The notes under the pieces: model-generated | The model's input: the letters and a program-made list of their open reading frames with translations, nothing else | The model's database searches: none | What the model was told of the DNA's origin: nothing | Made by a program: the position numbers and the translations under genes | Origin: Takakia lepidozioides | Lineage: Eukaryota; Plantae; Bryophyta | Direction: 5' to 3' | DNA length: 64,000 nucleotides | NCBI GenBank assembly: GCA_030704615.1 | Contig: CM060734.1 | Coordinates: 1,612,001-1,676,000, forward strand | In this document: one piece after another, positions 23,187 to 34,166 of the stretch | Numbering within the stretch: the stretch's first letter is position 1 | Layout of the letters: the number at the start of each line of letters is the position of its first letter

Positions 23187-23351
23187 ATTATCCTAGCTAA
23201 TACTGAGAACTGACTAACACAGGTGATTTAAGAGAATCCACAATGAAATTTATTCTTTATTCACTGATTGAAAGACAAGATAGACTCTTTGTGTAATGTA
23301 TAAATATACCTGATGTAGATGTTGATGTTCATCTACCCGATGTTGTTGGAC

Positions 23352-24195
23352 TTAAGCCATTCCATACACGTCCTCACCATTCGTAATAGCAAGCATGATT
23401 TTGCTGGTCATGGATTTCATGGTATCATAGTTGGGTATCATGAACTCTTGAAAACATGTCCGAGCAGAAGGTAATGATAGTTTGGATATCGACACATCAT
23501 GCACAATGGCGATTTTGTCAACCTCTGAGAAGTAATGAGAGTCTGTGATGAACTTGTGGAGACGATGTCTTTCATAGAACGTCATTGATTTCACAAGCTC
23601 CTCAAACCAAGAACGAAACTGTACTGGAAAATCAGGGCTATATGTGCAAGACGATAGAAATTCATCCGCTGTAAAAACCAGTTTTGCATTGAATACGGTG
23701 AGTAATGAAGTCACTGTCAAATGTGTCTTCACTTCAAACTGCTTCAGATTGTTGAGCACATCCTGTGAGATTCGACCGGTATCATCATTTTCTAAACTGT
23801 TGATGGCAAAGTAGAAACCTTCTCTTAGAACTGCTCCAATTACAGAGCATTTTGTAAATAGCAAATATTTCATGATGGATTTGTAAGTTGAATCAATTGA
23901 GCAAGGGGATCCCTCCACTTGAGAGTTGTTCTTCACTTCCATCTTCAAGATGAACACTATAATGTCTTGGAAACGATCATCCGTAATAAGTTCTTGTATA
24001 TACTCTTCTTTGGAGGTCTCATCTTCCATATTCTTGAGAACCTGGAAAGCATGAACATGGTTGGGAAAACCCTCCTTCATGTCTCTGTAATCGTTTCAGA
24101 AGACATACCGTCGGACAACCTCTGTTGCATGTCTTGGGAAATGGGTTGTAGAGTTGAGAGCCTATTTTGTCTAAGTCATAAACCAGCGGTTAACA
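23352..24195 (-). pseudogene. Intronless HECT E3 ubiquitin ligase C-terminal fragment
   Basis: SWFEELVKSMTFYERHRLHKFIT...LPSARTCFQEFMIPNY...KIMLAITNGEDVYGMA matches the HECT C-lobe with catalytic Cys; upstream extension has stops. Confidence 0.75.
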
Positions 24196-24197
24196 TT

Positions 24198-24215
24198 TGG
24201 CGACCATACTGGGGA
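24198..24215 (+). promoter_or_regulatory. Probable primer-binding site of a non-chromovirus Ty3/gypsy element
   Basis: ...aacaTT-TGGCGACCATACTGGGGA resembles Athila/Tat TGGCG...GGGGA PBS; follows a CA dinucleotide. Confidence 0.6.
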
Positions 24216-24793
24216 TTAACGGTATGTTGAGTTCAAGTGAACTCAAGGAAGGATGGCTACTCAGTGATTTCTTGAAATCACTAAAGAACAAGTCAACGGA
24301 AGTAGAGGAATGGAAAGCATTCATGAAAAAAATTCATGGCTTATCAATAGCAATACAACAGAAGATATTTCTTTCAATTGCGAAAGAAGATGACAAATGG
24401 GGATTAAAGGGAAGAATGATCAGTATTACACGAGCGCCTTGGGAATGTAGAATCAGAAGTGAAGAATGGTTGTCTCGTCTAACCTTATTGATTACTCTAA
24501 TCCCAATCAGAAAAGTTTGCTACACTAGTTATATTTTCAAGGAAGGATGTTCAAATTATAAATATTGTCATATGATCATAGAAGCAGTAGAGTACTGGAT
24601 ACCCAAAGACTTGTTACAAGTCAGATACACTGAGAAAGCCAAATGGTATTATTGTGCCCATTAAAAGATTGGCGATCAATCAGTAAAGGAAAATTAAGTC
24701 ATGATACGGATTCTGGCAAAATGGTGTAAATCTTGGAGAAAGGGTAGAGACCACTATAATTTTCTTTACTGACATACCAAGGCTTATTAAAGG

Positions 24794-26411
24794 GTGCTGA
24801 AAAGGAATTCTGTATATGATGTGGGAATGAATGAGGAAATTAAAGAAAAAGCTAAGCAAGACAGAGCTGAAAGAATAGAGAAATATGCTGCAGAAAGGGA
24901 AGCTCGGTTGAGAAAAGAGTTCCCAGAATTACAAAACTTGAATATTATTCAAGGTGAGACATCAAGACAAATTGACAATGATAAACCAGAGGATCAGGAA
25001 ATTGGATTGTTGGAAAGTGAGAACACTACACTAGAAGGAGTTGCCAGTAATGCACTTGGTGAATGGTTACCACAAGAAAGATCTAAATGACCTTCTACAG
25101 TAACAAGTCCAAATCGAGGTTTTGCTGAAATATTGGAAGAAAAATTTGAGAATATTCTGAGTGAAGAAGGTGAAAGAAGTGAAACTACTTCTCTAGAAAG
25201 GATAACCAGGACTGCACTCAAAGCTTTTAACGATTCATTAAGCTTAGTAGGGACAGCAGCTGGAAGACGGCTATCCTTGGGACAAGGACCTCCTAGTTTT
25301 GAATCATTGTTTGGGAGACCAACACCAACAACACCACTAGCCTTGACAATCCCAATACCAACACAGCCAGCAGTAGCAGGACCATTTCAGTTTGGACAGC
25401 CGGTTGCACCAGCAGCACCAGTTGTACCAGCAGCACCAATGGCTTTAGCAGCAAGCAAAACCAGACCACCGTTTCCTTTATATGATGGGAAATCTAACCC
25501 AGATATCCATCTCAATCAATTTGAGAACATGTGCACCATTTACAATGAAGCAACAGACCAAGAAAAAATCCGATTATTTCCTTGTTCAATGGCCAGAAAA
25601 AACATTGAATGGTTGGCAACCTTTCCAGTCAATCACTTTGCAATATGAGAGCCGCATTTCAAGAACGATATAGATCCAACTTCGTCCTGAATATGTAACC
25701 ATGGTTACAGTCATGCCTAACCACACTTTGGCTGAAGCAGTAGGAACTACAAAGAAATTGGAATTGGGATTTCATTAGAGCAGAAGTAAAGATTCCAAGG
25801 ATCCCTTGGAAGAAGAAAACTTTGATGATGAAGAAAAACCCAAACAAAAGATGAAAGAAGTGATTGACAAAACCACTTTGGATCAGAAGATAGCGGAGGC
25901 TATCAAGACCTTTAAAGATGAAGGGCCACGAAAGACAACATGGTGTCACAAATGCGGGACTGCAGGACACTTGGCAATAAAATGCCACATGAAAGACAAA
26001 TACTGTGATATTTGTCATATGAACAATCATAATACCAGCCATTGTATTTACAATCAACGGGCCAAGAAGAGTGGGTACACACGAGAGGTGGGGGTACACC
26101 AAGTCCAAGTCCGATGGGGAGGTTCGGATGGACCAAGACGATACAATATGGGTAATCGTTATCAGAGGCCACGAGATGACTATCCACCACGGGATAGAGA
26201 ACATCAACCCAGAAACAAGGAAATCACGAGATGTCACTATTGCAAGAAAGAGGGACACTGGAAACATGCATGCCAGTTGCGAATCAAGCATGAGGCAGAA
26301 TTGAGAAATATGGAACCCGGACCAAGTGTAGCCGTGAGTGTGGTAACTCCTGTAGTGGATACCCTTGCGGTAACCCGAACTCAGGCCAAAGAAACAGAAA
26401 CCTCCAGATAA
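24794..26411 (+). pseudogene. gag: Gag (fragmented) with CCHC knuckles
   Basis: FPLYDGKSNPDIHLNQFE...KIRLFPCSM; CHKCGTAGHLAIKC, CDICHMNNHNTSHC, CHYCKKEGHWKHAC. Confidence 0.75.
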
Positions 26412-26505
26412 GGAGATTGAAGAAGAACGAAAATAATATCCAGAAAGTGCAGCATGGCAGGAAGAAAAGAGCTTACACCAGGAGGTAAGCAAAGCCATAG
26501 CTCAA

Positions 26506-27591
26506 ATGCAAGAAGGAAACCATATACCTTCTGGAGAGCCAACTCCAGATAATCAAATCAGATCAACGACGAAGACCACGAACGCAACCACGGAAACAAA
26601 ATTGGCTGAAGTAATCTGCCAGACCAAGACCCAAATTACCATTGGACAATTATTAAAAATTGCTTCACATTGCAAGAAAACTGTATTTCGGGCAATTGAG
26701 GCATTGACCCCCACACCAAAACAAAAACCAACACCAGAAGTTTACATGATCAAACCCACAACTATACAACAAACTCCAGACTATGACGAAGCAATATCAG
26801 TAATACAAGTACGTATTGGACGGAAGCTGGTAACGGATGTACTCATCGATGGAGGATCCGGAGTGAATATCATGACAGAGATGATGAAGAAGTCACTAGG
26901 AATGGGGCACATGAAACCTGCTCCATTCATGGTGCGAATGGCCGATCAACGAAAAGTGCAGCCATTGGATATCATCAGACGACTGACAATGGAAGTAGCA
27001 GGACTGGTATACAAAGTATTAGTAACCATTCTCAAAATGGAGGATGTGGCAGAAGGATATTTGCTGCTACTTGGCCGACCATGGTTAACACAAGCCCAAT
27101 CACACCACGATTGGGGAAGTCAGACTCTCACGATAAAAAAAGGATCAGAACAAGTCACTATCACTACGAAGCAACGAGGTACCATTCCACGAGAGAAACG
27201 ACCTTGCATAGTGGAAGAGTATGATTGGTCCAGTGGACTGTCGGATGAAGAAGAAGCCACAGTATATGCAGCACATCCACAGTTGGAACCTATTGGGCAA
27301 TTAGTGGTCAAACATACCACAACAGTAGAATGTCACATGGTGAACATCCAATGAGAACCGAATACTCCGAGAACGGAAGATCCTGAGGAAGAAGCTATGG
27401 ACACACCTCAACACCTTGCCCGTTTTTATCAAGAAAGAGAAGAAGACATTAAAATCAGTGAAGTACTTGCCACGATTGCAACCATCGGACAGGAGATTGC
27501 AGGATGGACAGTAACGGAAGAAACTCAATTGATTCAAGTGAATCTGGGAACAGTGGAAGAACAACAGATAATACGAGTAAGTGCAGGTCTC
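26506..27591 (+). pseudogene. Retrotransposon aspartic protease region
   Basis: VLIDGGSGVNIM...LLLGRPWL. Confidence 0.8.
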
Positions 27592-28534
27592 GGGGTGAAA
27601 GCATGCTAATGTGTACCACTGACACTCCTGAAGGACTAAATTTTGACTGCTGACGCGTTACACCGCGGCGCGTGGACATGACATGTTGCGATGAAAACGT
27701 GATGAAATTTACAGATGATAGAGGGCACCTCGACCCCATCTATCAGATGTTCGTACATCCTCTTGTACACCTCCAATTTTGCTCGTACACCGCTAATTTT
27801 GAGTTTACGATACTAACTCGACTTCCGTTTTCCACCATTTGCTTTCCCCTCATCGCATCCAAGCCGGGTTTGGTGTGTTTGATGCCTACTTCAGTGCTGC
27901 ACATGCTCGTATAATTTTTAGGAGTTTATCTGATATATTTTTAATTTTAAAATAATTTGCAATGAATGATACAGTATTTGTAAGAACTCATTTTGGCATC
28001 AAATTCAAAATTGGAGGACCTTGTAGTCATTTCAAGGACATGGCCTTATTCCTTTTCAGTAGCTAAACACTTTTGGTGAAAGAACTATGTTCAAATTTTG
28101 AAGTTTAGTAGTACCAAAGTTTGGTGCCCTAAGTAATGCGTACCGCGTAGTAAGAAATTCCTATGATAATGGATTTTTTCTGGTTTTGCAGGTCTACTGT
28201 CCTTTTTGCATTTTTCCATACCTTACATAAGCACATGAAAATCCCTGATAGGACCTTCATATGTTATGAGTGTGAAAATGAGTCCTAAAGGACTACAACA
28301 TTTTGGGACATTTGAACCTTGTGCTATTCAAGACTCCTTTAGGACCCCTTAAACTTGTCAAATCACAAAACAATTTATATGGGCATGACAAGAACTTCAA
28401 GGGCTTTCCAATGATATAATGTTTCTGTGGTTTCATACTGAACTCGATATCCTAAATTTGGATAGATTGTGCCATATGTGCTGGAAAACAGTTTATGACA
28501 TCTTTTTTGGGTCCTATTAGTGTGCTTTGACCCC
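27592..28534. mobile_element. Non-autonomous TIR element (943 bp) inserted in gypsy pol
   Basis: Ends GGGGTGAAAGCATGCTAAT and ATTAGTGTGCTTTGACCCC; removing it restores RVSAGLEESFLQEATASFTEYKDVFVWNYKDLKGIP; TSD TC (or CTCG). Confidence 0.85.
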
Positions 28535-29065
28535 TCGAAGAATCATTTCTACAAGAAGCCACTGCATCATTCACTGAATACAAGGATGTATTTGTCTGGA
28601 ACTACAAAGATTTGAAGGGTATACCTTCCAACATCTGTCAGCACCGAATTGAATTGGAAGTTGACACGAAACCAATTCGTCAGAACCGTTACAGAATGAA
28701 CCCCAACTATGCAGCTAAAGTTTGGGAAGAAATCAAGAAATTACTGGATGCAGGATTCATATAAAGTAAGGAAACATGAACTATATCATGTGGAAGAAGT
28801 ACGTGTTGATGCAGCAGATAACATGGCCAGAATTCAGATGAAGAGGAAGGATCAATTTGATGAAGGTAAATTGAAGACTTTTAAGACAGGTGATTTGGTA
28901 CTGTGGTTGCAGAAGAAGGGAAAGATTAAAGCTTCTAAGCTTAAATCACCATGGAAAGGACCTTATGTCATATAGAAGATGTATGATAACAATACAACTA
29001 TGTTACAAACCATTAACAAAGAGATGCTTGGTAGAGTCAATGCCAATAAGTTAAAGGGATACAGT
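28535..29065 (+). pseudogene. Gypsy pol remnant: RT start joined to integrase C-terminus (large internal deletion)
   Basis: YRMNPNYAAKVWEEIKKLLDAGFI then FKTGDLVLW...KLKSPWKGPYVI...VNANKLK. Confidence 0.75.
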
Positions 29066-29334
29066 AGTATCCATGATAGACCATTGCAGCATGATTTGCA
29101 TCTTGAAACACAGATGCAGTCACAGACTACACCAGTAGCACCAGCGGAGCATGAAGCACTTGTCATAAAGCCGAATGTGTATGGCCATAGCAGAGAACAC
29201 ATGTGTTCACACAGCCATCACAATATATCACAGCTTACCACATCTTGTCACAGCCCAACATAGGCAACACAGCCCACACATGTTGCACAGTCCATAGAGG
29301 CAGTGACAGATGGACACGAGTTAACGTCAGTTAA

Positions 29335-30093
29335 GTGGCCGGTAAGTGTAAAGACAGTTTGGAAGTCAAACTCGGAGAATGTGCCACGCGGACAGAGGGA
29401 GACGGGAAAGTGTTTGAATTCAAACACGTGGCTAAAGGGCAAAACACTCTGCATTGCATGTATTGTAATAACAGGCGCCATCACACAAGAAGACAAACAG
29501 GGCCGTCAAAGTATCTACCCGGTACATCAACCGAAACTTATTATGAGCCCATTAATGCATCAAGAGGACATGTAACGGAACACTTTACGCGTCCGACAAA
29601 GGGGAACCTTTGCCACATATGCAATCCTAGTGGTCATTCCAAGATGGAATGTGAACAAATTAAAGTAAAAATGAGAAGTTACCTAATGAGGCAACGGCCA
29701 ATCAACAACGTGAATTTTGTGCAAGAGACTCCATTCAAGAAACAAGAACAAGAAACTAAGAAGATTATGAGTGGAAGAATAGGTATTATTCCGGATAACC
29801 AGTGTCTCGACAGGAGGGGCAATCAAAGCTATAGCTTTGTAGCTATGGCGGATATCACGGACTATACACTAGCTCTACTTCTTACGCAATGGCGCAAGGA
29901 AGGACAGGTCGAAAGTACTTTTTCTCTCACTCACTATTTGCAAGCCCTGCAGGCTTACACCCACTTGCCTGTTCCATTCTGTGCTAATCACACTTTCATG
30001 CTATACGCATTACAAGCTTTCCTGCAGTTATTCCAAACAATGCCTTCTTGTTTGTCCGGGATGAAGCGAATTAGAGAGATGGAGGATCTATGA
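29335..30093 (+). CDS. Extra ORF downstream of pol with Zn-knuckle-like motifs
   Basis: 252 aa; CHICNPSGHSKMEC. Confidence 0.3.
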   Translation: MAGKCKDSLEVKLGECATRTEGDGKVFEFKHVAKGQNTLHCMYCNNRRHHTRRQTGPSKYLPGTSTETYYEPINASRGHVTEHFTRPTKGNLCHICNPSGHSKMECEQIKVKMRSYLMRQRPINNVNFVQETPFKKQEQETKKIMSGRIGIIPDNQCLDRRGNQSYSFVAMADITDYTLALLLTQWRKEGQVESTFSLTHYLQALQAYTHLPVPFCANHTFMLYALQAFLQLFQTMPSCLSGMKRIREMEDL

Positions 30094-31233
30094 GTGAAGA
30101 GCACGACGATCTTACAGAGGCAAACAATCGCCACACCACAGGCAGTGCAGCTGTAGTGTGAATATGTGGCATTTTTATTTTTTGCAGCTGTTTGATGAGG
30201 CTAGGTACTTAAGATTTTACAACATTTAAGTAGTTGGATGAATGACCGTGATGGATGAATTATGGCTCACTGGATGAAAGCATCCATCTGCCGAACATCC
30301 CTGTACCCTGGATCAGCGAGATTTATGAGTTGCGGCGTTCTTCATGCAAGCACGGGTATGGCGAGCTGCTGACACTTTGTATTCTGGAGCAGACATCAGC
30401 CTGCGTGCCTTAGTTTTTGGCTGCGATTTACTTTCATGTTCCTTAGTTAGTATCCGCTATGGCGGCTGAGTTAGTTTTCCAGCCAGGGCTAGTTGATGTT
30501 GTCGATTATATGAGCTGCATGTGTAGTAATTGCACAGGCAAATGGGGCTTGGGTTTTAAGGAAGTTTTTGGTGAGAAGATCCATTTTCTTCTGGTTAGCG
30601 GGAGATAGTGGAGGTGGATAGGGAGAACCATAACTTTGGAATTGGGCATGTTGAAGTGAGAATTTGAGGAAGCACATTGAAGCTCCAGTTTTTGGGAGAA
30701 ATTGTCATGACTGGCTAGGATAGTTAGCATTGCAGTGGTTAGGGTGCATTAGCTGCTCTTCACTGCATTCATGAGAGGCTAGAGAGGGTGCATTGGGGTA
30801 TTTCTTCATTGCAGTCATGAAAGGCTAGAGGCTTGCATGGTGAGGTCACTGATTTGTCCCGATTTCCTTATGTTGCATTCAGCATTAGCTCTGGCTTGGC
30901 ATTAAGGGTACATGATCCAACCTTAGGCATCTGGAGGTAAAATGAGAGAGGGCCAGATGGGCATTCATGTAGTTCGACCAGCTGTTTTGAAGGGAAATCT
31001 GTAAGTACCAGTGGGTGGTTGCTTTCCATGGGATGTACCTATCCTGGGGTCACGATTGTATGGGCACTTGTGGCATCCGGGCAATGTGCACGGTGATATT
31101 CTCGAGTTACTGATGTCCGAAGACAGATTGACCCCGCCTCTGTCTTCCCTTCCGCTGCGGCGTGGGTGGGGTGTGTGAATGACTCTAATGTGTTAATGTT
31201 TGTCTCTGGGGTGTTTACGTCAGCCCCTTTCTT

Positions 31234-31245
31234 TGGTATCAGAGC
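31234..31245 (+). promoter_or_regulatory. PBS complementary to the tRNA-iMet 3' end
   Basis: TGGTATCAGAGC upstream of a gag ORF. Confidence 0.7.
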
Positions 31246-31589
31246 TGATGTTGTTGTCTTGGTTGTGGTTTAAGCTTGTTGCTATGATCTGCTGTTTGCA
31301 TTCATGATTCTTCCTTATATGGCCAGTAGGGATCATACCTTGATACCCGATGATCCGAGCATTGGGGACATACTGACATGCTTCAGTCAGCGTACTGGTA
31401 GTGTGAATACTGTGCCTAGGCTCGATTTCTTTAACCCTGCTTGGGGATTGAGGGATGGTGACCTATGCCTGCGAGTTATACATGCGGGAAGTCGTAGCAC
31501 CATGGCATGTTGGATGAGAGAAGCAGGAAGAAAAGGGAGAATGGAACTTTTCCGCAGATGGGGGCAGCATGGGGCCCAACAATAGTAGA

Positions 31590-33088
31590 CGGAGTCACTG
31601 AGGTGAACGTAAAGTTTCACGATGTTGATCCAGGGTTTGTACGACGCTCCATTCTTTGGTAGAGAGTACGAAGATGTTAATGATTGGATTGATAGAATCC
31701 AAATGTCGCTCGGCTGAATCTGCGAGGACAAGATATTTAAGGTCGCTCGGCTGAATCTGCGTTCAAAGGCAGATGAATGGTTCCGAAAACAAAACCCTCG
31801 GCCAGACAACTGGCCGGATTTTCAAGTTGCGATTACTGCGAAGTTTGGTGTAGTGGACATGGCGGAGATAGAAATGAGGCTTGACTCAATCAAGCAAGAA
31901 CACAAGCAGAGGGTGCAGGTTTATTTTGATAAGCTGAGCCGACTGTTTTTGAAAGGAGGCATTGCCGATTTGGAGCAGCGCAAGCGGTTCGTTGGAGGCT
32001 TGCGGCTAGAGATAATGCGAGCTATGCTTGGAAGGAAGTTTGGTGACGTTGATGAGGCACTAGATACAGCAATTGAGATTGAAAGAGGTCTGGGAAAATT
32101 GGGTGAAACCCCTTGGGAGCCCCTGGAAGGAGAAGATAGTGATGATGTAGCATACTTGAGCCCTACGGACAAAAGATTGGACAGTCTTACGAATACCTTG
32201 CAGAAATATTTTGACAAGGGTACATCATTTGGAGAGTCGTCAGGCAGCAGGACACCACCAAGAGGGGTACGCACCTGCAACACTTGCAATCAGGAGGGAC
32301 ACATTGCCACCAACTGTCCTGCGGGGAGAGCACCACCGACTTGTGGAAAATACCACCGAGTGGGCCACCGAACAGAGATATGTGGGGTTAGATGTTCATG
32401 TTGCAAGATGTTGGGGCACCTTGAAAATGTGTGTAGCCGAAAGCTTGAGGCAGCCAGTGTTGGGACACCTGCAACTTATTTTGTAGAGGTGTTTTGTGAT
32501 GATGAGGACCAAATCTTGGCAGAGATAACTGCCTTAATGAGGGAACAGGATATCAGCGAGGTGAGACTTCCACGGAATCACACCCCACTACCACTTACTT
32601 ATGCTATCAGCAACAGTCTGGAGGACTTCTCAGTTGAGTTCATTGAAGCCAATGTGGGTGAGAGACATTTTGAGAAGGGTGTTATCTTGAGGGAGCCGGG
32701 CACCCCTGTGGGCAATGCCCAAATTGAAAATAAAAGAGTGAGATTTACTGACCATGAGATGGTGCAAAATGAGAGTGTCAGGAATGCGTGTGAAGTTATG
32801 CTTTGTGGGGACCGTAATTTGGCAGGAAAATCCAACTGTGGAGGGGTGCAGCCTGCACCAGATCCAATACGAGCAGAAATATTCAATGTTGTGGGGGAAC
32901 ATGCCCTGCCCACTGTTCATGATGTGCAGCCAAGAGCACCTGAACAGCATCACAATATTGAGGTTAGTTCAGAGACAACACATGCATTGCAAGGCTCTTG
33001 TGATGGTGTAGGCAGTGTCGATGGTGAAATCAAGGAACAAGGAGTGAACGATCAACTTTACCAGAGGGACTGGCAGAGCTGGTCTTGA
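31590..33088 (+). pseudogene. gag: Gag of a second, truncated LTR retrotransposon
   Basis: Retrotransposon-gag-like IKQEHKQRVQVYFDKL...RFVGGLR; knuckles CNTCNQEGHIATNC and CSCCKMLGHLENVC; no pol downstream. Confidence 0.7.
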
Positions 33089-34166
33089 TTGCTAAAGAAA
33101 CCATGTCACAACAGCCAGGCAGTGACTTGGGTTTGATTGGGTGCGAGAGGCAAACACAAAATTTTAATGAGGTGTTGGCAAAGGAGGAAAGCGAGCTGCC
33201 CAGAAGCATGCTCTGGAAACCTGAAGAGATGGAAAACGAGGGTGCAATTGACACGGGATGGTGCAAGGAAGAGTCCCAACCTGCTGTCTTGCAAAAAACC
33301 CTGAGTTGAGACTTGAGATGGTCATACATCTTCAATGGACAACAGATGCTGGGCTAGCCTAGTACAAACAGAACCCTATATTGGAGGTTACATAGGTCGA
33401 CTAACTACTAACACTAACAGCTAACACTGCCAGCAGCCCGAGTGGGTGATGATAAAAGTGTATGATTGTTTTCAGTGTGATCACTGCTTAGTTTTTCTTC
33501 TGGTTGCCAGCGCGCAGGCTGGACCACTCCTAATCTTTGCTCACATGCCAGGAGCAACTCATTTCATCAAATATCTTGCAGCAGTTTTGCACTTTAGAGC
33601 AACAAAGGCTGGCTCTTTCGTGCAGAAATGTTTCTCCGCAATCTCTGTTACACATCATCTTGTGGACCCAGAGTTTGTTGTACAGGTTTGCAGCCCCTTT
33701 GAGGATGCCAAGAAATTGAAGTATGACTAACATGACATGGGTGTACATAGGTCCAAACAGTTCGGTAATGTTACAACAGCAAGAAACATACCAGTCTATC
33801 ACAATAAGATATCCTGAGCACCAAAAAAAGAAAACACGTCTACAAGTGAGAGAGCAAGAGGAACTACTGCCCCTCAGCCAAAAGAGGAGGGGAGAATCTA
33901 CAGAAATGTAGGAATATCTTCATCATTTCACAGCTACACCAACTCAAGGTAAGAAAGGAGATCAGGCTACTGTCCATTGTTAGGAAATGCTATGGTTCTC
34001 ATATTCACCCTCTCATGCATGGCTCAATTTTGATAGCCTCCTGATCCAGAAAGGCGGACAACACAATCTTTTGAATCGAGTAGACTCATGCACTATATTG
34101 GAGTTACCTCCACTGTAGTCGGAGAGCCTGGTTGGTGTAACAAGACAGAGTCTACCTCCAAGACAG

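Larger units (their letters stand above)
24198..30093 (+). mobile_element. Decayed Ty3/gypsy (Athila/Tat-like) internal region
   Basis: PBS, gag, protease, RT start, integrase C-terminus and an extra 3' ORF; LTRs not resolved. Confidence 0.75.

Noticed and set aside
30100-31231. 3' LTR of the first gypsy or 5' LTR of the second
   Set aside because: No second copy in the window to define boundaries
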